Positions 27,297 to 37,473 of a stretch of 64,000 nucleotides of DNA are shown one piece after another (within the stretch, counting starts at the first letter, position 1; the number at the start of each line of letters is the position of its first letter). The notes below the pieces were generated by a model. It was not told the origin of the DNA and searched no databases. It was given only the letters and a program-made list of their open reading frames with translations. The stretch covers positions 124,001 through 188,000 of IMG/VR virus record IMGVR_UViG_3300005337_000441. One strand, 5' to 3'. The translations under genes were made by a program, and so were the position numbers.

Positions 27297-28400
27297 TCAA
27301 TCTCCGGTTTCTGTGTCGTTGATAGCCGCGGCCTGGGCGTCGTTGATGAGGTTTGCGCCCAAGAAAGCGCTGGTACGGGAATCGAAAAGATCCCTCGTCA
27401 CCCACCATTCGAGCTCGAAAGTGGCCGGATCGATCCGCGGCAGACCACGGTTCTTGAACATCGGCTGAAGTGCCGGCAGCAACTTGATCATGTTGCGGTC
27501 GCGGTACTGGTCTTTCATGTCCGGTGCAAAGATCTGCACCGTGTTGTTGAACTCTTTGATGAGAATATCATCGAAAGTCTCAAATCCATTGCACTGGAAC
27601 CGGATCGTGATGTCGCGGTTTTGATCCAGGTACGGGCGTTCGTTGTTGTAGTCAGCAAAAGCCGACGTGGGCACCGACACCGGCACAGCAATGGTGGAGA
27701 AGATCTTCGTGATCTTGTTACGCTGCCTGTCCAGCGTGATCCGGAAGATGCGCGTGTTGTAGTCGATCTCGTTTTCGGTGATCATGTCGAGATACGGCAC
27801 GAGCTTGCCCTCGAACACCAGCGCCATGTAGTGCAGCCAGATGTAGAAGAGGTACAGGATCGGGTCCCCCCGCGTGTTGCGGAAAGACGCATCAACGGAG
27901 AACGCTTCGAAGTTGCGCGCCAGACCGTCCACCATCGACTGCGTTTCGTTGAACAGACCCGGTGTCGACGTGTACACCGGCACCGTCACATCGGGCCATC
28001 CGGAGATGGAGTTGATGTTGTTGGTGAGCACCGTGATGAACGGCGACATGTCGTCCACCACCGGACAGTCACGCGGTGAGACTTTCGTGTTGTTGAACTT
28101 GTAGCCCGTTTGCTGCCGCGGATCGAGCATGCAGCGCACGTAGTTTTGAATCGACAGCGGCTCGTTGTTCAGGAGCGCTGCCATTTGTCGGATGTTTCGA
28201 ATGTTGTCCGTCTGCATGTTGAGTTGCGGACGAACGAAAAAAGTGAACCCTGCGAGGTCCTTGTTCGAAGGTACAGCCGACGGAACCTGACCATGGTTGA
28301 TGCCATAGAGGTTGTCGCCTATAGCCTTATCTAATGACCCGATCGGTGTCGACTGAAAATAGTCGTCCAACGAATGGGGAACAATCACATTGACCGCCAT
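27297..28400 (-). CDS. Virion structural protein, tail-tube/tube-initiator-like (phiKZ gp88-like)
   Basis: GFTFFVRPQLN, SISGWPD, FRNTRGDP, IDYNTRIFRITLD pattern; synteny. Confidence 0.7.
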   Translation of the reverse strand: MAVNVIVPHSLDDYFQSTPIGSLDKAIGDNLYGINHGQVPSAVPSNKDLAGFTFFVRPQLNMQTDNIRNIRQMAALLNNEPLSIQNYVRCMLDPRQQTGYKFNNTKVSPRDCPVVDDMSPFITVLTNNINSISGWPDVTVPVYTSTPGLFNETQSMVDGLARNFEAFSVDASFRNTRGDPILYLFYIWLHYMALVFEGKLVPYLDMITENEIDYNTRIFRITLDRQRNKITKIFSTIAVPVSVPTSAFADYNNERPYLDQNRDITIRFQCNGFETFDDILIKEFNNTVQIFAPDMKDQYRDRNMIKLLPALQPMFKNRGLPRIDPATFELEWWVTRDLFDSRTSAFLGANLINDAQAAAINDTETGD

Positions 28401-28434
28401 CTAGAACCCTCATTTGAAAAGCTCGGAGCCAAAT

Positions 28435-29514
28435 ATGGACTTGGGATTCATCCAAACGGCACTTCAGCATGTCGCGAATGTCGTGAACCGTGTCCGCACG
28501 GTGACGAACTACTACCAGGACAAATCGCTTGTCGAAGCGACCAAATTGACCCGCGTGGAGCCTTTGACCATAGTATCGAAGGACCTCCTGAATTTCGACA
28601 TCCTTCCCGATGTCAACAGCTCGCTGCTGAACATGTTCACGGCGTACTGGCTTCAGGCGGTCGCGGTGCTCACCAAGGTCAAGGACGTCGAAGTCATCAA
28701 GATCCTCGACAAGCTCAACCCCGATCGTGACTCCACCGGCTGGCTGCTCTCCGAGTCGCTGAGCCAGGAATCGATCGCGACGATGGTCGCCAGCAACTAC
28801 AAGCACTCGCTGCCCATCCGTGGCGTGGCGATGGAAGCCGACGACACCAAGAGCCTGCTGCAAGACGTCTCCAACCTGTCGGTGGGCAAGCTCATCAACG
28901 TGAAGATCTCCACCGACGGCGCCGACGGCAAGCCGGTGGACGTGTCCTTCCCGGTGAACATCCGTCTGATGGCCTCTGTCGTGCCCGTGGGCACCATCCG
29001 TGGCCTGCTGGCCAAGACGACTGCGGACCTGTCCATCGTCGAGCGTTACCACGCCTGGCGCGGTGGCCGCATCGAGTTCATCCGTGACCTCATCTTCTGC
29101 CAGGATCTGATCCAGGAACAGAAGAAGAACGCCATCGAAGACGAGACCGGCACCGCTGAAGAGATCCAGCGTCGCGTGGCCAACGCCAAGAAGTTCGGCC
29201 TGCTCACCCACAACCCCTCGCTCGTCTCGGCCTCCAACCTCTTCGTGCTGAGCGAAGAAGCGGCCCGTGAAGTCGAAGGCAAGCTCGGCGGCAAGCTGTC
29301 CAACCCGCGCATCCGTGACAAGGCGTTCGAGAACACCTACGCCATGATCATCTGCGTGGTCGACCGCGAATGGGAGCGTGTCTACTTCTACGCCCGTGGC
29401 GTCTCCGCTGCCATGGACCTCTCCTTCAAGGAGATCAAGAAGGCCGCTGCCGACAAGGGCATGAACATCGCCGACGTCCTGAAGGCTTTCCAGCTGGGCG
29501 CTCCGGCGTTCTAA
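28435..29514 (+). CDS. Virion head protein (phiKZ gp89-like)
   Basis: KSLVEATKLTRVEP; VAMEA cleavage-type motif; high codon bias. Confidence 0.75.
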   Translation: MDLGFIQTALQHVANVVNRVRTVTNYYQDKSLVEATKLTRVEPLTIVSKDLLNFDILPDVNSSLLNMFTAYWLQAVAVLTKVKDVEVIKILDKLNPDRDSTGWLLSESLSQESIATMVASNYKHSLPIRGVAMEADDTKSLLQDVSNLSVGKLINVKISTDGADGKPVDVSFPVNIRLMASVVPVGTIRGLLAKTTADLSIVERYHAWRGGRIEFIRDLIFCQDLIQEQKKNAIEDETGTAEEIQRRVANAKKFGLLTHNPSLVSASNLFVLSEEAAREVEGKLGGKLSNPRIRDKAFENTYAMIICVVDREWERVYFYARGVSAAMDLSFKEIKKAAADKGMNIADVLKAFQLGAPAF

Positions 29515-29548
29515 GCCACCGACGCAACAAGTTACCCAAGGAGTTCTG

Positions 29549-30466
29549 ATGAAAATCTTTTCGTACGTGGCGTCGCTGCTTCCCCGCCTGACCAAGGATC
29601 AGGTTCTGGAAGATCTGCGCCACACCGGCGAGGAGCTGGTGTCGGTCGCCCAGCCGACCTATCGCAACGGCGCGGATTTCTTCCGTACCAGCAAGTTCGA
29701 GTCCGACAAGGTCCGTGACCTGCAAGACTCGTTCAACGACAAGTTCGACCGCTCCGGCGGTCCGAAGCAATCCACGTTCCTCGGCGAGATCAACGCTCGT
29801 CTGCCGTTCCTGGTGGAAAACACCGAGTACGTCACCAAGCAGTGCGAACTGCTGTTCGAACGCGACATCGTCTCCGATGGCCTCACTGCCAAGAAGGCGC
29901 TGCTGATGCGTGCCGCCGAGCACCTGTCGTTCCTGTCGCGTCTGTCGCTGGACGTGCTGAACTACGTCTACACGTTCGAGGCTCTGGCCGCCGGCGTGGA
30001 AGTCAGCGATGACTCGGGCCTGTCGCCGGCTGAAGCTGGCCACGTCGAGCGCAACATCGGCGTGTTCGCCAGCCTGCTGGGCGACTACGGCGTGCCCAAC
30101 AAGGACTTCGAGAAGATCCTGCTGGCCATCCCCGAGGTGGTCGTGAGCAGCCGCTCCGAAGCCCAGCTGGCCTCGGTCTTCAAGGAACGTGATCTCGACC
30201 CCTTCAAGGGCCAGTACGTCCAAGGCTTCACGGGCAACCCGATCTACCACCTGCGCCTCCTGGTCGCACAGTGGCAGGCGTCGCGCTACAAGGCCAACAA
30301 GGACAAGAAGAAGATGCTGGAACTGCGTCTGCTTCATCTGGAACTCCTGAAGGAGAAGAAGAACGATCCGAAGATCGAACAGGAAATCGACTACGTGCGT
30401 GGCCGTGTGGCTTCGCTGGATCGCTACCTGCGTGAAGTCGAGGAATCGGTCGAGGCGGAGGTCTGA
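29549..30466 (+). CDS. Virion head protein (phiKZ gp90-like)
   Basis: AGGAG RBS; coiled-coil C-terminus; synteny. Confidence 0.7.
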   Translation: MKIFSYVASLLPRLTKDQVLEDLRHTGEELVSVAQPTYRNGADFFRTSKFESDKVRDLQDSFNDKFDRSGGPKQSTFLGEINARLPFLVENTEYVTKQCELLFERDIVSDGLTAKKALLMRAAEHLSFLSRLSLDVLNYVYTFEALAAGVEVSDDSGLSPAEAGHVERNIGVFASLLGDYGVPNKDFEKILLAIPEVVVSSRSEAQLASVFKERDLDPFKGQYVQGFTGNPIYHLRLLVAQWQASRYKANKDKKKMLELRLLHLELLKEKKNDPKIEQEIDYVRGRVASLDRYLREVEESVEAEV

Positions 30467-30471
30467 GCACC

Positions 30472-31086
30472 ATGTCGCAACCCTACCCCGTCATGCAGTC
30501 GGGGTTCGTTGCGGTCAGTGTGGAGGGCCTCACTCTCCCCGATCCCATCGAACCGACGATTCGCCAATCCGTCATCTTCAAGGAGTTCAAGCCGCCGCTC
30601 TTGAACTACTACTACGCGCCGACCGTGACCGAGCTGTTCAACAGCTGGAGCGCCAACCCGAAGGTCATGCGGGAGTTCGACTTCCGTGAACGTGTCCTCA
30701 AGGCTGCGTTCAAGTCCTTCGGCACCAAGGAGTTCCGCGCGTGGCTGAAACTTCAGCTCGACGCTGACGCCCTGTCGGCCATGCACAAGAAGTTCCTGCT
30801 GGAAACGTGCGACTTCATCCTCAACGGGACGGAGCGTCGTGTGCAGAGCGTGCAGTGGATCAACCTGCTCGAAGCAGGTCCCGTCACGGCCTCCATCCGT
30901 CTGTCGCCTTCTGAGTTCCTTGCGAACAAGGACGGCGTGCGCGAATACGTGAACGTACCGGAGAAGATGACCGCGCTCATCACGCAGTGGGTGACGCATC
31001 GTGAAGGCTTCGAGGACCTCCTCGTGAGTCTGTACGTCATCTTCGGTGCTCGTTCCCGTCAAAACGACGTCGTCGACGTGGCGTAA
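30472..31086 (+). CDS. Conserved hypothetical protein in head operon
   Basis: Tightly packed in operon; coding bias. Confidence 0.75.
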   Translation: MSQPYPVMQSGFVAVSVEGLTLPDPIEPTIRQSVIFKEFKPPLLNYYYAPTVTELFNSWSANPKVMREFDFRERVLKAAFKSFGTKEFRAWLKLQLDADALSAMHKKFLLETCDFILNGTERRVQSVQWINLLEAGPVTASIRLSPSEFLANKDGVREYVNVPEKMTALITQWVTHREGFEDLLVSLYVIFGARSRQNDVVDVA

Positions 31087-31091
31087 ACACC

Positions 31092-32411
31092 ATGCGCTTT
31101 CGTCGTCGTGCGATTGCCCAGGAGGAGCAGCTCGAAATCGAGAAGCTCCACGAGCAAGAGCTAGCAGCGAACAAGGACAGCGAGTTCGATGTTCTCTACG
31201 ATCAAACGCAGAAGAACATCGCCGCTGACCAACAAACCAACGAGAAGAACGACTCCACGGACGAGCCACCTGCCGGTGGTGACGATGAAGCCTTGGGTGA
31301 GGAGGAGGCCACGCCTCCTGAGGAAGCTCCCGCGCTGGAAGAGATTCGTAATCTCACCTATGCGTCGGAAGACTTCGCCACCTTCACGCACGACTTCAAA
31401 GAAACGTCCATGCTCCTGGGAACCCTGGGTATCACCTTCAGCCTCGCCGTCATCTCCAACCTCTTCAAGGGGGTGGTTTATGCGTTCTGCAAGATCGCAC
31501 GACTGGTGTACGTCTCGACGTGGGCTCTGAAGAAGTACCTGGAGCGTCGAGAAGGCTCGTTCGAAGGAATCAAGGCTTCTGTTGCAGATCTTCGCAAGAC
31601 CCTGGATGTCGTGAAGGAAAGCGGCGATGCCTCGGACTTGAGTGAACAGAAGTACACACAAACGAAGATCATCAACACGTTGAAGATCGGCAATAGTGTG
31701 GCATTCTCCGAGAACGTCGAAGTCCTTCGACGCTTCGTGGGAGATACTGTGCAACGTCTGTCCGCTCAAATTGAGCATGAGACGTCTGCCGTTCAACACA
31801 TCGTGAGTGCGAGCGCGCGAGATGCAACCACGTTGCCCGCCAAGCTCATGAACATCGACGCTCATGGCGTCGGACTCACCGCGGGTGTGGTCGAGGGGTA
31901 CGCGCCTGCCAGCGAGTACGTCCAGGCTTATCACAGCGCTCATGTGTTGCCTTCTGACGTTGTGCTCATCGCCGCATTTCCGCGTGATGATCTGGAAGAC
32001 TTCGATGCTGTCACGAAGGCCTATAACGATTCGTCGATGGTTCTCGGTTTCAATATGGCTTCATTCACCGAAGTCGAAACCGTGGATTATATGACAATCG
32101 ATGACCTCAGTGGTTTCCTCGATAAGCTAGATCAGCTCTGCGACGTTTGCATTGCGCACCAAGCAGTGTACACGAAGATCAAAAACAATCGACTCGTCCT
32201 GAAGAACTCCCTGAAGAACTTCTTCCACGGGCTCAGAAACAAAACTCACAAAGTCTCGTTGAAAAACAGTTTTGTGGAATACGTCTACCTCAAGACCATG
32301 TTCGTCGACAAGGTGTACTTGATGTCAATGATTGATCTGCATGACTATGCAACGAAGGTGCTCACCGCGGGCACTCGCATGGCCAAAGACACGATCAGTC
32401 GCATGACTTAA
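31092..32411 (+). CDS. Internal head protein with acidic propeptide
   Basis: MRFRRRAIAQEE N-terminus shared with 32538; PALEE, YASED motifs. Confidence 0.75.
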   Translation: MRFRRRAIAQEEQLEIEKLHEQELAANKDSEFDVLYDQTQKNIAADQQTNEKNDSTDEPPAGGDDEALGEEEATPPEEAPALEEIRNLTYASEDFATFTHDFKETSMLLGTLGITFSLAVISNLFKGVVYAFCKIARLVYVSTWALKKYLERREGSFEGIKASVADLRKTLDVVKESGDASDLSEQKYTQTKIINTLKIGNSVAFSENVEVLRRFVGDTVQRLSAQIEHETSAVQHIVSASARDATTLPAKLMNIDAHGVGLTAGVVEGYAPASEYVQAYHSAHVLPSDVVLIAAFPRDDLEDFDAVTKAYNDSSMVLGFNMASFTEVETVDYMTIDDLSGFLDKLDQLCDVCIAHQAVYTKIKNNRLVLKNSLKNFFHGLRNKTHKVSLKNSFVEYVYLKTMFVDKVYLMSMIDLHDYATKVLTAGTRMAKDTISRMT

Positions 32412-32417
32412 AGCTGC

Positions 32418-32537
32418 TGCTTGGACGACACGATTATCTTCATCGAGATTGAGTCGTCTGAGCAATAGGAGTGTTCTGGCACTCTCAAACTCAGAATCCA
32501 AACGTTTGGTTCAACTTTCCCCTTTTCTGGAGCACAT
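32418..32537 (+). promoter_or_regulatory. Structured 5' leader (long hairpin, possible pseudoknot, palindrome)
   Basis: 12-bp stem 32418-32429/32453-32464; GGAGTG/CACTCT stem whose loop TTCTGG complements TCAGAA; CCAAACGTTTGG palindrome. Confidence 0.45.
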
Positions 32538-33878
32538 ATGCGCTTTCGTCAAAAAGCAATCGCAGCCCTCGAAGAAGCCGAAGTCGCAGCGGGTCTGACC
32601 CCCGAAGCGGTCGAGCCGGCTGAAGTGGTGCCTGCCACGGCCCCCGAAGTCGAAGCCGACGCCGGTGAGCTGGTGGAGAACGTCGCCGAGGTCGAAGAAC
32701 TCGTCGCCGCCACCGAAGAAACCGAAAACGACGTGGAAACCCTGGGCGAGTACCAGGAGATCATGCAGGAGTCCGTGGACGCCGGCACCGGTCTGGAACC
32801 CGTCGCTGCCAACATCGCCGATGTCGCCATCGAGTCGATCAGCGCTCGCCTGGGCTTCACCTCGGCCCAGCGCACCATGCCCGCCATGGAATCCTTCGGC
32901 CAGACCGGCACCCGCCTGTCCAGCACCAAGGTGGCCCTGGAAGCCCTGAACGACAAGATCAAGCGCGGCCTGGACGCCGTCCTGAACTTCCTGAAGATGG
33001 TCTGGGACAAGATCAGCGGCTTCATCGCCGGCCTGCTCAAGAGTCGCGCCACGCTGCAGAAGCACATCGAGAGCCTGCTGGCTCGCGCCACCGAAGCCAA
33101 GGGCAAGGACGTCAAGCCCAAGGAAGCCAAGCTCAAGGGTGGCTACGCCGCCGCCGTGAGCGTGGACGGCAAGGCCGACAAGGGCACCGCCCTCGAAGTG
33201 CTGGCCGACTCGCGCAACCTGCTGGGCCTGATCGGCAAGATCAGCCCCGTGCTGAACGGCACGATGGGTTCGTCGAGCGACTCGCTGAACGCCTTCGTCA
33301 AGAAGGTCGCTGACGCCGCCCACAGCGGTGTCTCCAGCGCCTTCAGCGGCAGCAAGGTCGCCGTCGAGAAGGGCGCCGAAGGCGTCGACTACTACGGCCA
33401 CCTGGTCAACACCAAGGCCATCGGCGTGAAGACGGGCGAGAAGGACGGCGTGACCGAACTGGTCGTCGACGTCAACGCCACCGGCAAGACGGCTGCTGAA
33501 GCCGACGCACTCGACGCCGCCGGCGCCGAAGAAGTGCTGAAGAAGGCCCTGGACCTGGTGAAGAGCCTGGTGCAAGCCGACAAGGCCGAGAAGGACCTGA
33601 AGTCGGCCGCCAAGCACGCCATGGACAGCGTCGCTGGTCTGGCCAAGGCCATGGACAAGATGGCCACGGAAGACGGCAAGGTCGGTCCGGAAGTCTCGGC
33701 TTCCATCAAGGCCATGCGCGAAGTCAGCGGCACCATCTCCAAGCTGTCGCTGCAGCTGCCCACCCTGGTCTTCCAGGGCGCCAAGGCCGCTGCCGACTAC
33801 GCCAGCGCCTCGCTGGGCAACCTGAAGGGCGAGGAAGCTGCTGCTGCCCCGGCCGAAGGTGGCGCCGCCGCTGCCTGA
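32538..33878 (+). CDS. Abundant internal head (inner body/ejection) protein, phiKZ gp93-97 family
   Basis: AALEE, AIESISARLG, PAMESF, VALEAL motifs then amphipathic helix with VWDKISGF; extreme codon bias. Confidence 0.85.
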   Translation: MRFRQKAIAALEEAEVAAGLTPEAVEPAEVVPATAPEVEADAGELVENVAEVEELVAATEETENDVETLGEYQEIMQESVDAGTGLEPVAANIADVAIESISARLGFTSAQRTMPAMESFGQTGTRLSSTKVALEALNDKIKRGLDAVLNFLKMVWDKISGFIAGLLKSRATLQKHIESLLARATEAKGKDVKPKEAKLKGGYAAAVSVDGKADKGTALEVLADSRNLLGLIGKISPVLNGTMGSSSDSLNAFVKKVADAAHSGVSSAFSGSKVAVEKGAEGVDYYGHLVNTKAIGVKTGEKDGVTELVVDVNATGKTAAEADALDAAGAEEVLKKALDLVKSLVQADKAEKDLKSAAKHAMDSVAGLAKAMDKMATEDGKVGPEVSASIKAMREVSGTISKLSLQLPTLVFQGAKAAADYASASLGNLKGEEAAAAPAEGGAAAA

Positions 33879-33903
33879 TCGACTTCGGTCGTGAAGCACT
33901 GAG

Positions 33904-33943
33904 AGGGACGGGGCCTTCGGGCTCCGTCCCTTTTTGTCCGTCT
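33904..33943 (+). terminator. Intrinsic terminator
   Basis: AGGGACGGGGCC-TTCG-GGCTCCGTCCCT TTTTGTCCGTCT. Confidence 0.9.
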
Positions 33944-33977
33944 ACTGAAGTATCCTATGATGAACTGAAGGACGGCT

Positions 33978-35618
33978 ATGCCCCACATTTCTGTAACTCT
34001 CCCTGAATCGGAGCAGGCGATTGGTCGCCCGGTGATCTTCGGGATCATTGATCAAATTCAGGACGTGTGCAAGATCGACAAGAGTGCGAAGATCTACTTT
34101 CCCGGTCCGACGGGCAAGATGCAGACGTCCGGCAGTGACATTGACGGTCAAGAACAAGACCGCTTTGCCACATTCGAAAACCAACGCATTGTCTTCATCG
34201 ACGTGGATGAGGACTTCGACCGCAACACGCTGGGCTCGACGTCCGTGACCCGTGAAGAGTACGCGCCCGTCTTCGAGGATGCTGCTCTTGGCGTGCAGGT
34301 GTGTCCTGTCTACGCCACGAGTCAAGTGAGCATCCAGGTGCGCTACCGCACGCCTTCGGAGACCGAAGCCCAGCGCTGGCGTGACGACATGCGCATGCGC
34401 ATCAGTCAGATGCGTGACACCAACCTGCACAAAGTCAAGTACCACTACAGTCTGCCGCAAACGGTCTGTCAGGTGATCGAGCACGTCTACGACAAGCGTG
34501 AAGCCGTGGCCGGTTACGGTGAAGACCTGGGTGTGTACTTCAAGGGACATGCCACCGAGCGGCTCACGTTGATCACGGACCAGGTTGGCAAGAACGTGCA
34601 GTTTGTGGTTGGTGAGAACCAAGGTCGCATCATCGGGCAGTTTGAGCTCGATGCGATTCCCCAGAAACCCACGCGGGATGCCACACACGGTGTCTGGGAA
34701 GTCTCTTTCACCTACAAGTTCAACTACGAGCGCCCCGTGGGCGTGACCATGCACTACCCCGTGCAGGTCCACAACCAGCTGTTGGATCCAATGTTCGTGG
34801 CCTTCACGGACAAGCCGATCGATCCGTCGAGCTACCCCAAGAGCTTCTCCAAGTCGTTGTCTGCTCTGAATGCATTCGAGATGGACTCGATGATGAACGC
34901 AGCGGGCAATCCCGATCCGTTCATTCGGATGCCGCGCTACGATGACTTCAAGATCCCTCAGGTGCCTCAGGGCACGGGCACAGCCTGGCTGGCTCTGATC
35001 GAAGTGGGTGAGGACAAGAAGGAGCTCTTCAACCTGGCTGAGATGGGTGACATTGTCATGGACGCCGACGTGATGAAGTTCATCCGTGAAGTCGAATGGC
35101 AGTACATCACCAAGCAGTTCAAGAGCATTCTGCACTTGACGCTGTATCGCAACGGCAACCAGCTCTCCACTGGTCATCTGCAATGCGACGCTCAACTCAA
35201 CGTCACCTCACGTGACGAGTTGGACTTGCGCAATCAGCACCGGGTGCGCATGGGTATCTACGTGGACCTGACACTTCTGCCCAAGGAAGCGATGGAGCGG
35301 CTGTGTCAATACCCCAAGGCCTTTGTGAAAATCATGCGGGCTATGAACTATCTGCTGAGGATCCATCCGGACTTCGGCAGCCTGGGCGACAAGAACCGCA
35401 TCACGCCGCTGGAGTTCAGTGACGTCTACGCAGTCCTCACGGGCTACGGTTACAACAACGGTGTGCGGGGTCGCAATCCCGCCATGTTCAACGGCAGGCC
35501 TGATCAGTACCCGCTCTTCAAGAGCATCGATCCCCGGGTGCGGCAGGCTTATCAAGAGACGATGATCCGTCTGAAGACTTTGATGTCCGGCTACATCGTA
35601 GCCTATCAGGGCAATTGA
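33978..35618 (+). CDS. Virion structural protein (neck/tail-completion-like, inferred)
   Basis: 546 aa ORF in structural block; function from synteny only. Confidence 0.65.
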   Translation: MPHISVTLPESEQAIGRPVIFGIIDQIQDVCKIDKSAKIYFPGPTGKMQTSGSDIDGQEQDRFATFENQRIVFIDVDEDFDRNTLGSTSVTREEYAPVFEDAALGVQVCPVYATSQVSIQVRYRTPSETEAQRWRDDMRMRISQMRDTNLHKVKYHYSLPQTVCQVIEHVYDKREAVAGYGEDLGVYFKGHATERLTLITDQVGKNVQFVVGENQGRIIGQFELDAIPQKPTRDATHGVWEVSFTYKFNYERPVGVTMHYPVQVHNQLLDPMFVAFTDKPIDPSSYPKSFSKSLSALNAFEMDSMMNAAGNPDPFIRMPRYDDFKIPQVPQGTGTAWLALIEVGEDKKELFNLAEMGDIVMDADVMKFIREVEWQYITKQFKSILHLTLYRNGNQLSTGHLQCDAQLNVTSRDELDLRNQHRVRMGIYVDLTLLPKEAMERLCQYPKAFVKIMRAMNYLLRIHPDFGSLGDKNRITPLEFSDVYAVLTGYGYNNGVRGRNPAMFNGRPDQYPLFKSIDPRVRQAYQETMIRLKTLMSGYIVAYQGN

Positions 35619-35657
35619 AACCCGAAGTCGTGAAGAGCCTTTGTAGAAAATTTCCGC

Positions 35658-35668
35658 GACATATACTG
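35658..35668 (+). promoter_or_regulatory. Putative promoter variant GACATATACTG
   Basis: Shares ACATATACT core; preceded by AAAATTTCC; about 60 nt before gene 35726. Confidence 0.45.
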
Positions 35669-35725
35669 TACTTGGCAGCATTCCCAAGAATGACTGCAAG
35701 ACCAATACTAGCGAGGAACAAACAC

Positions 35726-36028
35726 ATGGCAATTCACGACGACGGTCAGACTTTCGACAACGCAGCGCAGTCTCAAATGCGCATCGGTATCGAAAGCATC
35801 ATGCCTCATCTCAACCAGCACCAGGAGACCCACTTGAGCGACGCCCCGATCTCGACCCCCACCACGGCCCAGTCCTCGCCTGCGCCGGCCAAGACCTACG
35901 CCGATCTCCTGGATCGTCCCGGGGTCCAAGCCAAGCTGTCCGACGACCTGATCGCCGCGCCCGGCCGCATCGCACACTGCGCGATCGCCGGCGGCAAGGA
36001 ACTCTGGAACCGCATCACCGCACGCTAA
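35726..36028 (+). CDS. Small protein with GIES motif, monocistronic
   Basis: GAGGAA RBS; own promoter-like motif and terminator. Confidence 0.7.
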   Translation: MAIHDDGQTFDNAAQSQMRIGIESIMPHLNQHQETHLSDAPISTPTTAQSSPAPAKTYADLLDRPGVQAKLSDDLIAAPGRIAHCAIAGGKELWNRITAR

Positions 36029-36041
36029 GCAGCGCACATGA

Positions 36042-36095
36042 CACATCACCTCTGCGGATCTAGACCGCAGGGGTGATGTGCTCTGTTTCTTTTTT
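36042..36095 (+). terminator. Intrinsic terminator
   Basis: CACATCACCTCTGCGG...CCGCAGGGGTGATGTG plus T-run. Confidence 0.85.
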
Positions 36096-36133
36096 GCTCA
36101 AGTATCTTATGACTACTGCAAACTGGGAAGAAT

Positions 36134-37468
36134 ATGCCTGCAAACATTGCAACAGAAGATGTGACTGCAGCACCGGCTCTCAACGAAGAACTTGAGACGG
36201 TGCGTGCAGACAGCATGACGGTGAAGAAATCGTTGCGCGACATCTCGCTGGATCTGGATTTCATGCTCGGTGCTCGCTCCCGCATGGGCGAGCTCGTGCG
36301 CGTCAACGGCATCCTCACGGACGCCGTGGGTTACGGCATGCCGCTCGATGAGACGGGTGCCCAGATCGCCCAAGTGGCGGTCGAGAACATCTGTCGACGT
36401 CTGGGGCTGAGCACTCAAAAGGCTCAGATCACTCCTGGTCTGGAACACTTCAAGGACAAGGCCACGGCCATGATGGCCACCAAGATCGCGCTGGAGAGCG
36501 TGACCGAGGTGATCAAGACGCTTGCCAAGAAGATCATCGAGTGGCTCCAGGGCATCTGGAACCGCATCAAGAAGTTCTTCAGTCGCATCGGCGTTCAGCT
36601 GCGTCTGACCAAGGAGAATCTTCAGTCCGCCATCGGCCTGGTGAACAAGCTCCCGTCTGACGCCAAGCCTGTCACCGAGTACATCGAAGACAACAAGGTG
36701 GCCAACGAGGATTCGGAATACGCTGACCACGACTACAGCTTCCTTGACAACCACATCCTCTTCGGCATCAAGGGCAAGTGCGATTCTTCCACTGCGATGG
36801 AGATCGTGAAGAACACCTCCACGTTGATCAACATCAACCGCGAGATCATTCTGCACATCGTCACGTGTCTGCAAAACCTCATGGATCGTCCTCCGAGCGA
36901 GGACAACCTGGAGGCCTACGCCGAGAAGCTCACGGGTGAGATCAAGGAGAAGATGAGTCGCTTCACCTTGCTCAACAAAAAGAGTGAAGGCAACAAGGTG
37001 GTCTACTCGTACGGGCACTTTCACGACAGCGAAGTCTTCCGGCTGCGTGAAGCTGTGGGTATGAGCGAGGACGACCAGCGGGTGCGCCTCTTCAACATCG
37101 ATCTGTCCACTGAGAAGATCAAGGACGAACCTTACCGCGTGAAGGTGCTCTCCAAGGGCGAGATGAGCCATCTGGCCGTGGAGACCATGCGCCTGGTGGA
37201 TCAGACCGAAGCCTTCAACAAGGTGATCCCGATCGTGGAGAAGGTGCTGCACCACGCTTCCGACACGCTGCAAGGCTTCTACAACAAGGTCACGACCGAC
37301 GAAAGCAAGACCACTATCACCCAGGCACTGAACATGATTCACGACATGTTCAACTACGTGGGGCGTCACCTGCCAGAGCTCTCAGCTTCTGCGGTGCGGG
37401 TGGCTTCGGACTCCTCGGTCTATGTGCGGGCCTCCGTGCAACGACACAAGAAAGCGCAAGCTGCGTGA
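36134..37468 (+). CDS. Internal head protein paralog (gp93-97 family)
   Basis: AVENICRRLG, PGLEHF, IALESV then IIEWLQGIWNRIKKFF helix. Confidence 0.8.
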   Translation: MPANIATEDVTAAPALNEELETVRADSMTVKKSLRDISLDLDFMLGARSRMGELVRVNGILTDAVGYGMPLDETGAQIAQVAVENICRRLGLSTQKAQITPGLEHFKDKATAMMATKIALESVTEVIKTLAKKIIEWLQGIWNRIKKFFSRIGVQLRLTKENLQSAIGLVNKLPSDAKPVTEYIEDNKVANEDSEYADHDYSFLDNHILFGIKGKCDSSTAMEIVKNTSTLININREIILHIVTCLQNLMDRPPSEDNLEAYAEKLTGEIKEKMSRFTLLNKKSEGNKVVYSYGHFHDSEVFRLREAVGMSEDDQRVRLFNIDLSTEKIKDEPYRVKVLSKGEMSHLAVETMRLVDQTEAFNKVIPIVEKVLHHASDTLQGFYNKVTTDESKTTITQALNMIHDMFNYVGRHLPELSASAVRVASDSSVYVRASVQRHKKAQAA

Positions 37469-37473
37469 GAATG

